Shown: positions 27,779 through 37,445 of the stretch, one piece after another
Position numbering within the stretch: position 1 is the first letter of the stretch
Layout of the letters: every line of letters starts with the position of its first letter
Assembly (NCBI GenBank): GCA_017620375.1
Contig: JAFZQN010000080.1
Coordinates: 8,130 to 72,129 of the forward strand
Direction of reading: 5' to 3'
Length of the DNA: 64,000 nucleotides
Origin: Lachnospiraceae bacterium
GTDB lineage: Bacteria > Bacillota > Clostridia > Lachnospirales > Lachnospiraceae
The notes under the pieces: model-generated
The model's database searches: none
Told to the model about the DNA's origin: nothing
What the model saw: the letters and a program-made list of their open reading frames with translations, nothing else
Translations under genes and position numbers: made by a program

Positions 27779-27789
27779 GGAGACAGGCT

Positions 27790-28509
27790 ATGAATTCAGA
27801 AATCAAAGAGATGGAAATAACAGATTATAATATTCTCCGTAACATTGTTTCTGCATTATACAGAACATGGAAAATGAAGTGGATCATCGTTTTTGCCACT
27901 TTAATTGGAGGTTTGCTTGCGGTAGCCTTTGTTAAATATAAAGGGGATAAGTTTTCTTATTATTCTACAGCTGCTATTTATAGTGCAGTATATGGTTCTT
28001 ATTCTGAAACTGCAAGCGGTGTATCGCTTATGAATACCTATGCCAGTGTACTTGGTACCAGCCGTGTATGTGAGCGAGCTGCCGCTGAAATAGATGATTC
28101 GAGAGTTACCGCTAACTATCTTATGAATCTTGTTGCATCGGGAGCTGTTTCCCTGGGAGGAGCAAGTAGTGATTCAAAAAAATATGGATATCGAATAGTA
28201 ATACAGACTATGTTGGATATCCCGGATAATGTTGTAGAGATTACAAATGCCATGGCAGATGCATATGCTTCTGAAATTAATGACCTTTTAGGTGCCGACA
28301 ACCTGCAGGTTTTTGAGAAAGCCACAACTACAGGCAGGATAAAATCAGTATCTAATTATTTGATTGTAGCCATATTTGCCGGAGTGGCACTTTTCCTTTC
28401 CGCAGTTATTATTTTTATGAAAGAATTCTTTTCTTCTAAGGTATATATTGTATCGCAGTGTTCAAGTGATAAAAGTATGATTTTAGGTTTATTACCATAT
28501 ACAAAGTGA
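27790..28509 (+). CDS. Wzz/CpsC-like chain-length determinant protein
   Basis: 239 aa with two terminal TM helices flanking a soluble loop. Operon context. Confidence 0.55.
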   Translation: MNSEIKEMEITDYNILRNIVSALYRTWKMKWIIVFATLIGGLLAVAFVKYKGDKFSYYSTAAIYSAVYGSYSETASGVSLMNTYASVLGTSRVCERAAAEIDDSRVTANYLMNLVASGAVSLGGASSDSKKYGYRIVIQTMLDIPDNVVEITNAMADAYASEINDLLGADNLQVFEKATTTGRIKSVSNYLIVAIFAGVALFLSAVIIFMKEFFSSKVYIVSQCSSDKSMILGLLPYTK

Positions 28510-28520
28510 GGCTGTAAGTA

Positions 28521-28976
28521 ATGAAGTTGCTCTTTGCTGCTTCTTCAGGGGGACATTTTGAGCAAATAATGATGCTAAAGCCTCTTATGAAGAAGTATGA
28601 TAGTGTATTGCTCACCGAAAAGACTGATTACGGTATGGGCGATAATGGGGTTAGGACAATATATGTACCCCAGATAAATCGTAAAGGTATTTTATTTATC
28701 CCCAAATTGATATCAAATACTTTCAGGGCTATAAAGATATATCATAAGGAAAAACCGGACATAATGATAACGACAGGGGTACTTGCTATAGTACCTTTGG
28801 CACTTATCGTAAAACTTCATCGTAGAAAACTGGTATATATAGAGTCATTTGCCAAAGTTACGTCTAAAACTTTAAGCGGTAAACTGTTATATAAGTTTGC
28901 CGATCAGTTTTATGTTCAGTGGGAGTCCATGCTTAAGCTCTATCCGAAGGCTATATACAAAGGTGGTATATACTAA
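28521..28976 (+). CDS. Alg14-like membrane subunit of a split glycosyltransferase (PssD/Cps14F-like)
   Basis: 151 aa with 'LFAASSGGHFEQ', immediately followed by the Alg13-like partner. Confidence 0.65.
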   Translation: MKLLFAASSGGHFEQIMMLKPLMKKYDSVLLTEKTDYGMGDNGVRTIYVPQINRKGILFIPKLISNTFRAIKIYHKEKPDIMITTGVLAIVPLALIVKLHRRKLVYIESFAKVTSKTLSGKLLYKFADQFYVQWESMLKLYPKAIYKGGIY

Positions 28977-29464
28977 TGATTTTCGTTACAGTAGGTTCTC
29001 AAAAATTTCAGTTCAACAGACTTTTAAAAAAGATAGATGAACTGATAGATGAAGGTGTTATCACAGAAGAAGTGTTTGCTCAGACGGGTGCGAGTGACTA
29101 TATTCCCAAAAACTATTCTTATGAACCGTTTTTGGACAGGGAGACATTTGCTCAAAAGATATCTGAATGTGATAAGGTAATAACTCATGGTGGTACCGGA
29201 GTTATAATCGGTTCGGTAAAAAAAGGGAAAAAGGTGCTTGCTACACCAAGATATGCTAAGTACGGCGAGCACGTAGATGACCATCAGCTACAACTTTTAC
29301 AGCAGTTTGATGACTTAGGGATCATAATAGCTTGTTATGATCTGGATAAACTTGGAGATAAGTATAAAGAGCTTTGTACTGCGAAACTGAATCCTTATAC
29401 TTCAAATACCCATGAATTAATTGATTCTATCGAGGACTTTATAAAGAGTAACATTAAGGAGTAA
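28976..29464 (+). CDS. Alg13-like catalytic subunit (Glyco_tran_28 C-terminal type; PssE/Cps14G-like)
   Basis: 162 aa with 'MIFVTVGSQKFQFNRL' and 'ITHGGTGVIIG'. Its start overlaps the preceding stop. Confidence 0.65.
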   Translation: MIFVTVGSQKFQFNRLLKKIDELIDEGVITEEVFAQTGASDYIPKNYSYEPFLDRETFAQKISECDKVITHGGTGVIIGSVKKGKKVLATPRYAKYGEHVDDHQLQLLQQFDDLGIIIACYDLDKLGDKYKELCTAKLNPYTSNTHELIDSIEDFIKSNIKE

Positions 29465-29470
29465 AGTTTT

Positions 29471-30256
29471 ATGCCCGGTAAAGCAAGACGCGTTATCCGA
29501 AAATATTATGAGTATCTTACCACAAAGGTAAAATTGGTTTTTAGCCAGAAAAAGTTTAAAAGCGGAGACGTTACGCTGAAATATATATTGAAGAAGAACC
29601 CGGAGTCAAAGGATCTTGTGGTCGTTTTTTCTTCCTGTACCAGAAGAGGTATCAAGGCAAGATATAATTATATGCGTACTTTGGCAAAAGTAAATGCAAA
29701 CAAGCTTTTTATCCTGGATGATTTTGCGACAGATCACAGGGGATCATATTATCTTGGGTACGACCAGACTTATTCTGAGGAAAAAGCTACTATCGAGCTG
29801 ATAAATTATGTTAAAAAAAATCTGGAAATTGATAAACTTATATGTTGCGGATCCAGCAAGGGAGGGTATTCTTCCATAAATTTTGGACTGCAGTATGAGG
29901 ACAGTTATATAATAGCAGGCGGGCCGCAGTACTACCTTGGACAATACCTGGTTGCATCACAAAACACAGAGTGTTTGGAGCATATTGTCGGTAACATAAC
30001 TGATGAAAAAGTTAAAAAACTTGATACAAGGTTAAAAGAACGCATAGAAAGTAAAAAATGCGGAAATAAACAAAAGATATATATGCATTTTTCTGATAAA
30101 GAACATACATATTCGGAGCATATAAAAGATCTGCTAGAGTGTCTTAAAGAAAATGAATATAACGTGGAATGCGATATAGCTGATTATACAAATCATTCAG
30201 ATATCAGTTATTATTTTCCTGATTATCTGACAAATACGATAAAACAGATACTGTAA
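29471..30256 (+). CDS. Alpha/beta-hydrolase-fold protein (GxSxG), possible polysaccharide esterase/acyltransferase
   Basis: 'LICCGSSKGGYSSINFG' nucleophile elbow. Loosely Asp2-like. Confidence 0.35.
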   Translation: MPGKARRVIRKYYEYLTTKVKLVFSQKKFKSGDVTLKYILKKNPESKDLVVVFSSCTRRGIKARYNYMRTLAKVNANKLFILDDFATDHRGSYYLGYDQTYSEEKATIELINYVKKNLEIDKLICCGSSKGGYSSINFGLQYEDSYIIAGGPQYYLGQYLVASQNTECLEHIVGNITDEKVKKLDTRLKERIESKKCGNKQKIYMHFSDKEHTYSEHIKDLLECLKENEYNVECDIADYTNHSDISYYFPDYLTNTIKQIL

Positions 30257-30279
30257 AAATTTTTAAGGAGGGAAACGCT

Positions 30280-31665
30280 TTGGAAAACCAGGCAAAAGCA
30301 GTAAAGGTTGAAGAAATAAAAAAGCATTATGATGCCCTTCTTGATAAACCTGAATTACAAGGATTAAAGCTTCTATTTGGAATCAATATGTTCCTTCTGA
30401 TCGCCCTGATAGTTATGCCACAATATTTCGGTATACATTTAGGGTATGATATAACATGTTCTCGTTTTTCGAATATTCTTTTGATCATATATGCATTACT
30501 CCAGTATAGAGTATTGAATCTGTTTATTAAGAACTTCTTAAAATGTTCTATTACAATTCCTCTTATGATATATCTGTTTGTAACTATTTATACCATGATA
30601 TATCGTATTAATATCAATGCGTTTATGCTTGTTTTTTTTGAGCTGTTAACTATGTATATGCTCATTTTTGCTATCAGATATGTAATTGGGATCAGAAAAA
30701 CAATTAAAATAATCATTGGATGCTCATACTTCCTGGGAGTATATGGCTTTGTCGAATTTGTAGCCGGACACTCATTAATGCTTCAGTTTTTAAGTACTGT
30801 TCCTAATAATGTAAAGAATTGTTATAGATCCGGCTATTACAGAATAATGGGACCTTGTGGGCATCCCTTAGGATATGGACTATTATTAGTATTACTAATT
30901 GCTATCGCATGTTATGATTATAAGAAGGAAGAGATATTTCTATATAAACGACCATTTTTGTTGTTTATTCTGATAGCAAATGTTTTTTTGACAGGTTCAA
31001 GATCATCCCAGGGTATTGCGCTTGTAGAAGTATTTATAATAATGCTTTTGAGCAATAGGAAAAATTTTAAGAAAACCATTTTCTATTCTTTATTGCTTTT
31101 GGGAGGCATGGCTTTTTTCTTAGCATTAACTTATAAAACAAAAATTGGTAATTATCTTTTAATGCAGATTACGGTTTTGGTTGATCATGTATTAGGGACG
31201 GAGATTTCGGTTAATTTTGGGGCAGATATAACAACACTTCAAAACAGTGAAGGATATAGAGAGTATCTTCCATTGATCTTCAAATTGGACTGGTTGAATC
31301 CGCTTATCGGAAGAGGCGTTCAAAAAACATTTGGTGCTGAGGTTGTTGGATCTAATGGTGAGATAGTTTATATTGGCTCTGTTGATAATTACTACATAGT
31401 TCAATATATAAAATATGCTTATCCAGGTATGGTTAGTTATTTGATGTATATTGTTACGTGTATTATCACCATGGTCAGAAACGTCTTTAAAAACAGATCA
31501 GAGCTCACGAAAATATTACTGATCAGTTTTTGTTGTTATTACATTAATTTGTGGTGGGTAGATTCTATACAGACACTGAAATTTATATATTTATTTGTTG
31601 CTTTATTTTTTGCTGAAGCATTTTGGAAAAAAGACAGGGACAAGGCAGAAAAACAAATAAAATAG
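30280..31665 (+). CDS. Wzy-type polymerase / O-antigen-ligase-like polytopic membrane protein
   Basis: 461 aa with many TM helices. TTG start with RBS AAGGAGGG 7 nt upstream. Confidence 0.6.
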   Translation: MENQAKAVKVEEIKKHYDALLDKPELQGLKLLFGINMFLLIALIVMPQYFGIHLGYDITCSRFSNILLIIYALLQYRVLNLFIKNFLKCSITIPLMIYLFVTIYTMIYRININAFMLVFFELLTMYMLIFAIRYVIGIRKTIKIIIGCSYFLGVYGFVEFVAGHSLMLQFLSTVPNNVKNCYRSGYYRIMGPCGHPLGYGLLLVLLIAIACYDYKKEEIFLYKRPFLLFILIANVFLTGSRSSQGIALVEVFIIMLLSNRKNFKKTIFYSLLLLGGMAFFLALTYKTKIGNYLLMQITVLVDHVLGTEISVNFGADITTLQNSEGYREYLPLIFKLDWLNPLIGRGVQKTFGAEVVGSNGEIVYIGSVDNYYIVQYIKYAYPGMVSYLMYIVTCIITMVRNVFKNRSELTKILLISFCCYYINLWWVDSIQTLKFIYLFVALFFAEAFWKKDRDKAEKQIK

Positions 31666-31684
31666 ATTAAGAGGATTATACGGA

Positions 31685-32581
31685 ATGAGTGAATTGACAT
31701 TGAAGCAGACGACCAATGTTGAGGACATAAGGGGAATAAGTCCAGACAAAGGTAATAAAATACCTAAAATAATACATTATTGCTGGTTTGGTGGAAAGCC
31801 GTTACCTAAAGAATTAGAGGAATGTCTTAAAACATGGGATAAACTTAAAGATTATACTGTAATGAGATGGGATGAGACTAATTGCAGTTTTGATGAGAAT
31901 GAGTTTATCAAACAGGCCAATAAAGATAAACAATTATGTTTTATATGTGATTATTATCGTCTTAAAGCATTGTATGAGTATGGTGGAATATATTTTGATA
32001 CTGATGTAAAGGTGTACAAGAGTTTTGACCCGTTACTCCATCATAATGTTTTTTTGAATTTTAACTATGACTGTTGTGTAGGAACAGCTATTATTGCTGC
32101 TCAAAAAGGAGATTCTTTGATAAAGAGTCTGATAGATATGTATGATAATACAGTTATTTGTTCCCAAAATAAAAAAGGAAAGAACTTTTATTGGGAAGAT
32201 GGAAAACTATACACAAAAGGTTATTTTACAAATAATTATTATTTTACATATTATATTTTAAAACACTATCCGAATTTTAAACTGAATAATAAATATCAGG
32301 ATATGGGAGATTTTGTTATATATCCAAAAGAAAAATTTGAAATCGGTTCAATATTTGGAAAATATTATGCTATACATATTAATGCTGGTGCTTGGAGAAA
32401 AAAGTATAAAGGGTCTGGTGAAGATAATAAGATAAAAAACTTACTAAAAAAATTTCCCAGGTTGTATGATTATATACAAATAATAGTTAGGAAGCGCAGA
32501 TATAAAGTATTAAATAAAAAAATCCCATTTTATCAATACTCTCTGGCTCAAAAAAAAGGAATACAAATCCCGGAATTATAA
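31685..32581 (+). CDS. GT32-like glycosyltransferase (DXD-containing)
   Basis: 'IPKIIHYCWFGGKPLP' and 'GGIYFDTDV'. Confidence 0.65.
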   Translation: MSELTLKQTTNVEDIRGISPDKGNKIPKIIHYCWFGGKPLPKELEECLKTWDKLKDYTVMRWDETNCSFDENEFIKQANKDKQLCFICDYYRLKALYEYGGIYFDTDVKVYKSFDPLLHHNVFLNFNYDCCVGTAIIAAQKGDSLIKSLIDMYDNTVICSQNKKGKNFYWEDGKLYTKGYFTNNYYFTYYILKHYPNFKLNNKYQDMGDFVIYPKEKFEIGSIFGKYYAIHINAGAWRKKYKGSGEDNKIKNLLKKFPRLYDYIQIIVRKRRYKVLNKKIPFYQYSLAQKKGIQIPEL

Positions 32582-32619
32582 AGAAATTCGCAAAGGGATA
32601 TCAGAGTTGAGGTTTTATT

Positions 32620-33780
32620 ATGAAAATAGTATTACTTGGGTTAGAATTTGCCAATCCCAATCTGGGTTGTCAGGCTTTAGCATATTCTTTTATAGAGATA
32701 ATTGAAGAAGTTGCAAAGCGGAACAATATTGAATGTGAATACATGTCCGTAGTTTTTTACCAGTTTGACCCCATTAAATTATATGATTCAAATAGTAGAA
32801 TTACCAGTAAAAAAATAAACTATAAAAGCTTAAAGTTTTGGAGTAGCTTAAAGAAAGACTTTAAGAAGAGTGATCTGATCGTAGATTTTACAGGGGGAGA
32901 CAGTTTCTCTGATATCTATGGAAACAAAAGATTTCGTCTTGCAACTTTGGTAAAGTATTACGCTGTAAGATCTAAAACACCTTTGTTATTAGGACCGCAA
33001 ACATATGGGCCTTTCAAATCAAAACTAAATCAAAAGTTTGCCGGATATATAATAAAAAAGGCGAAATGGGTATTTGCAAGAGATTTAGCTTCTGAAAAAC
33101 TCGCAAAAGAGATATCCGGCAGAGACGTGGATGTAAGTGTAGATGTTGCTTTTAGTCTGCCTTATAAAAAAGCAGAACTTAAAAAGACAGATAAGATACG
33201 TGTTGGTATCAATGTGTCCGGATTCCTTTGGGAGGGAGGATATGCAAATATCAACAATCCCATTAAAGTTGAGTATAGAAAATACTGCCATCAACTGATA
33301 GAGTATCTAAATGCGCACGATAAATATCAGATTTATCTGATTCCACACGTCGGCACTACAAGTACAGAGGGTATCGAAAATGATCTTGCAGCTTGTTTGA
33401 GATTAAAAGAAGAGTATCCCGACACTATTGTTGTAAAAGATATAAAAACTCCAATGGATGCTAAGGGTATTATTTCTGCCATGGATATTTTTATCGGAGC
33501 GAGAATGCATGCTACGATAGCGGCAATTTCAACAGGCGTAGCAACTATTCCGTTTTCATATAGCAGGAAGTTTGAGGGATTGTTTAGTTTTCTTAATTAT
33601 CCGTATGTGGTTTCAGGGACAACAGATACTACTGAAAAAGCAATAAATACAACTGTTAAGTGGATAGAGAACATAGGGGAGGTTAAGCTTTCTGCTGAAA
33701 AAAGTCAAGAAATAATACAGACTAAGAAAAAAGAATTTTTAAATACAGTCTCAATAATACTAAATGAAATCTGCAAGTAA
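32620..33780 (+). CDS. Polysaccharide pyruvyl transferase (WcaK/CsaB family)
   Basis: 386 aa with 'GGDSFSDIYG' and 'IGARMHATIAA'. Confidence 0.7.
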   Translation: MKIVLLGLEFANPNLGCQALAYSFIEIIEEVAKRNNIECEYMSVVFYQFDPIKLYDSNSRITSKKINYKSLKFWSSLKKDFKKSDLIVDFTGGDSFSDIYGNKRFRLATLVKYYAVRSKTPLLLGPQTYGPFKSKLNQKFAGYIIKKAKWVFARDLASEKLAKEISGRDVDVSVDVAFSLPYKKAELKKTDKIRVGINVSGFLWEGGYANINNPIKVEYRKYCHQLIEYLNAHDKYQIYLIPHVGTTSTEGIENDLAACLRLKEEYPDTIVVKDIKTPMDAKGIISAMDIFIGARMHATIAAISTGVATIPFSYSRKFEGLFSFLNYPYVVSGTTDTTEKAINTTVKWIENIGEVKLSAEKSQEIIQTKKKEFLNTVSIILNEICK

Positions 33781-33811
33781 AGATAACGGGTATAAAAAGG
33801 AATGAGATATA

Positions 33812-34990
33812 ATGAATGTGACAAATGCAGTAGGTAAAATGTGTATAGGATGTGGATTATGTCATTCAGAATATGGGGTGGAGTTTAAACACAATGATAA
33901 AGGGTACTTAGTATTAAATGACACACTATCTTTAGAATGTCAGCGTTTTATTGAACAAGTTTGTCCTATTATGGGTGGGGCTTATACTGATAATTCTCAC
34001 AAAGATATTTGGGGAGAACGTATAGGTATTTATGAAGGTTTTTCAAATAATAGGGATATCAGAAAAAAAGCTTCCAGTGCCGGAATTGTAACAACTATAG
34101 GGCTCTATTTATTGGATAAAGGGTTGATAGATGGAGTTATCCATATAGGTGTTGACGAAAAAACAGTGTATAAAACTAAGACGATTGTCTCATATGACAA
34201 GAAAAACATAATTGAGAACTGCGGCTCAAGATATTGTATTTCTTCGCCATGGTATGATTTAAAAGAAATTATCGACCCCGAAAAGAAATATATGGCGGTT
34301 GGAAAGCCGTGTGATATTACTGCTTTGAAACATGCAAAAGAAAAATTTCATCTGTATGAAAACATAATTTATTTAGTTTCATTCTTCTGTGCGGGACTTC
34401 CCAGTGACAGTGCTAACAGAAATTTGTTACGAGAATTGGGTTGTAAAGAGGCAGATTGTACAGATCTTCGATATAGGGGAAATGGTTGGCCGGGATATAC
34501 TACGGCAACGGACAAAGAAGGAAAAAAGTATAAACTTGAATACAGTAAAGCCTGGGGAGGTATTTTGGGAAGAGATGTACATAAATTTTGTCGCCTTTGT
34601 ATAGACGGAATTGGACTAAACTCGGATATAGTATGTGGGGATTTATGGTATTTAGATAATGATAGCCCTGATTTTTCTGAACGAGAAGGTAGAAATATTA
34701 TTATTTCCAGAACGTATACAGGCGATGCTTTGTTAAAACAAATAACAGAAGATGGATACATAACATGTAGAGAATGGAACAATCTTGAAGATTTAAAAAA
34801 GATACAAAAGCACCAGTATACACGACGGGCTACGATGAAGGCAAAAATGCTTGCCAACAAGATTTTCTTTCGGACAGTACCTAATTATAATAAAAAAATG
34901 ATATCAGAATATTCTAAAATGATACCGTTTTCTGAAAGACGAAAAGTGTTTTTGGGGACTATAAAAAGAATTATCAGGAAAAAATATTAA
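33812..34990 (+). CDS. Coenzyme F420 hydrogenase/dehydrogenase beta-subunit-like Fe-S protein (FrhB family)
   Basis: 392 aa with an N-terminal 'CIGCGLCHS' cluster motif. This family is commonly paired with pyruvyl transferases in EPS loci. Confidence 0.6.
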   Translation: MNVTNAVGKMCIGCGLCHSEYGVEFKHNDKGYLVLNDTLSLECQRFIEQVCPIMGGAYTDNSHKDIWGERIGIYEGFSNNRDIRKKASSAGIVTTIGLYLLDKGLIDGVIHIGVDEKTVYKTKTIVSYDKKNIIENCGSRYCISSPWYDLKEIIDPEKKYMAVGKPCDITALKHAKEKFHLYENIIYLVSFFCAGLPSDSANRNLLRELGCKEADCTDLRYRGNGWPGYTTATDKEGKKYKLEYSKAWGGILGRDVHKFCRLCIDGIGLNSDIVCGDLWYLDNDSPDFSEREGRNIIISRTYTGDALLKQITEDGYITCREWNNLEDLKKIQKHQYTRRATMKAKMLANKIFFRTVPNYNKKMISEYSKMIPFSERRKVFLGTIKRIIRKKY

Positions 34991-35009
34991 ACAGGAAATA
35001 TTTGATACA

Positions 35010-36440
35010 ATGAATACGGAAAAAGCAAAAGGCCCGGGCAAAGTAGCAAAAGCCGGAGCGGGTTATGTTATTGGTAATTATTTACTTAAGGGTATCACCT
35101 TTTTGTCAGCCCCTATATTTACCAGACTTCTTACAACGGCTGATTTCGGTTTGTACAGTACATATACGGCTTATTGGTCTATTTTTTATATTATATTAGG
35201 CTTGGCCTTACATTCAAGTATAGCTACTGCAAAATATAAATATAGTGGAAAACTGGAGAGCTTTATTTCGTCAATAATACTATTGATGTTATTTAGCACT
35301 TGTGTATGGACTGTGCTTGGCAACCTTTTCTTTAAAGCGTTTGAAGAATGGTTTGGTTTTGACAGGGTTATTTTAAATTGTTTAATTTTGCACTCATTGG
35401 GAGATGCACTGATTCAGGTTTTCACAAGTTATGTGAGCTTGAATTATAGCGTGAAAACCTTTTTTAAGATGTCAGCATTTAATGCGATTTTTAATTTGCT
35501 GGGATCTATCGTTTTGATCATTACCGTATTTAGTGAGGAGCGTTATATTGGACGAATAATAGGCTCATTTATTCCTATGGGTACTATAGGGTTGTTTATT
35601 ATTATATATTTCTTTAGAAAGGCCCGACCCAAGTATAATGGAGAATATTGGAAATTTTCGCTTAAATATAGTCTTCCCATAATACCACACGGAATAGCCC
35701 AGGTCATTCTTGGAACATTTGATCGTATCATGATTAAAAATATGGTTAGTCCGGATGCAGCGGGATTATACAGTTTTGCATATACCGTTAGCACTTTGTT
35801 TACGGTGGCATCAGCATCTTTAGATAAAGTTTGGCGACCCTGGGGTTATGAAAAGATGCATGAAAAAGACTATGAGGCCATGAAGGATCGGGCAAATAAA
35901 TATGCATTTGGGATGGCTGTGTTCGCCGCAATGATAATTATGGTTTCGCCGGAAATAATAAAAGTACTGGGAGATAGAGACTATTGGGAATCAACATCCT
36001 GCGTGATTCCGGTTATTATAGGTGCATACTTTATTTTTCTGTACAGTTTACCGGCCTTGGTTGAATTTGTCCATGAAAAAACAGGATTTATTGCTATAGG
36101 TTCAGTAAGTGCTGCAGTCATAAATATTATTCTTAATTATATTTTTATTCCTATATTTGGTTATGTTGCTGCCGCATATACCACTATGATAACTTATGGG
36201 ATGTCTTGCATCTTTCATTATATTATCGCAGTTAAAGTTCAAGGATTTTCTATTTATGATACAAAAAAATTAATAATTATATCTTTAATGCTGGGATTAC
36301 TAGGGGGATGCGCCCTATTACTGGAGAACCAGTGGTATATCAGATGGTTGTTGGAAATTTTGCTTATTATAGGAGCCTATTTCTGGGCAGACCGTAATTT
36401 TGGTGTACGAGATTTTATTAGAAAAAAATTAAATCGATAA
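35010..36440 (+). CDS. Wzx-type oligosaccharide flippase (MOP superfamily)
   Basis: 476-aa polytopic protein. Confidence 0.7.
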   Translation: MNTEKAKGPGKVAKAGAGYVIGNYLLKGITFLSAPIFTRLLTTADFGLYSTYTAYWSIFYIILGLALHSSIATAKYKYSGKLESFISSIILLMLFSTCVWTVLGNLFFKAFEEWFGFDRVILNCLILHSLGDALIQVFTSYVSLNYSVKTFFKMSAFNAIFNLLGSIVLIITVFSEERYIGRIIGSFIPMGTIGLFIIIYFFRKARPKYNGEYWKFSLKYSLPIIPHGIAQVILGTFDRIMIKNMVSPDAAGLYSFAYTVSTLFTVASASLDKVWRPWGYEKMHEKDYEAMKDRANKYAFGMAVFAAMIIMVSPEIIKVLGDRDYWESTSCVIPVIIGAYFIFLYSLPALVEFVHEKTGFIAIGSVSAAVINIILNYIFIPIFGYVAAAYTTMITYGMSCIFHYIIAVKVQGFSIYDTKKLIIISLMLGLLGGCALLLENQWYIRWLLEILLIIGAYFWADRNFGVRDFIRKKLNR

Positions 36441-36476
36441 TTTATAGATAGAGGGTTACATTAAGGGGATAGGTTG

Positions 36477-37433
36477 ATGAAGGAAAAAATAAGTGTTGTT
36501 GTAGCTGCATACAATGTGGAAAAGTATTTGAAACAGTGCATTGATAGTATATTGGCTCAGACTTACCCTGCTTTTGAGATAATATTAATAGATGATGGTT
36601 CTGTTGATAGTACAGGAAAGATCTGTGATCAATATGCTTCAGATAATCCGCAGATAAAAGTAATCCATCAGAAAAATCAAGGTGTATCTGCAGCTAGAAA
36701 TGCAGGCATTGAGTATGCTCAAGGAGACTACATTTCAGTTATAGATAGTGACGATTATTTAAAAACTGATATGTATGAAAAGTTAATAAAGGGTATTGTT
36801 CAAAATGATGCAGATATTATAGTTTGTAATTATGACAAGGTATCTGAAGATGGAAAAACTATTATAATGGATGATAAATACGCTCGTGATGAGTGCGTTT
36901 CTTCTAGGGAAGCATTACGATGGTTTGAGCGTGAACATTCATGGACATATACTTTTCCATGGAATAAGTTGTACAAACGAGAGCTTTTTAAAGACACAAA
37001 ATATCCTGTTGGAAAAAAATTTGAAGATGATTTTATCATCCATAGACTTTTTATGAACAGCAATAAGATTGCATCTATAAGCGATTCTTTGTATTGTTAC
37101 AGAGATAATCCGACCAGCATTATGAGAACGCTAAAATATAAAATGGATAGGATTGACGATTTTGATGCAGTCTATGACAGATATTGTATATATGTTAATA
37201 AAGGTTATTCAGAATTATATAGGGGAACAATAGAAAGAGCAAAATATACTCTGCAATATGTCAATAAGTTTGATGTGTCAACGGAAGAAGATAAAAAGCG
37301 TATAGACAATATGATCAACTGCTTTAAGCAAATGGTAAAGAGTGCCGGAAAAAATGCAGGATTGCTAAATAAGATTATTGCACTTTCACCGAGGACATAT
37401 TATAGGATCAGAGGATTAATTAAAAGAAGATAA
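36477..37433 (+). CDS. Family 2 glycosyltransferase
   Basis: 'ISVVVAAYNVEKYLKQCIDSILAQTYPAFEIILIDDGSVD'. ATG at 36477 preferred over the track's TTG at 36474. Confidence 0.85.
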   Translation: MKEKISVVVAAYNVEKYLKQCIDSILAQTYPAFEIILIDDGSVDSTGKICDQYASDNPQIKVIHQKNQGVSAARNAGIEYAQGDYISVIDSDDYLKTDMYEKLIKGIVQNDADIIVCNYDKVSEDGKTIIMDDKYARDECVSSREALRWFEREHSWTYTFPWNKLYKRELFKDTKYPVGKKFEDDFIIHRLFMNSNKIASISDSLYCYRDNPTSIMRTLKYKMDRIDDFDAVYDRYCIYVNKGYSELYRGTIERAKYTLQYVNKFDVSTEEDKKRIDNMINCFKQMVKSAGKNAGLLNKIIALSPRTYYRIRGLIKRR

Positions 37434-37445
37434 TGGTGGGGGATT

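Noticed and set aside
34369-34860. 163-aa minus-strand ORF
   Set aside because: It is antisense to the FrhB-like gene. Shadow ORF typical of AT-rich DNA.
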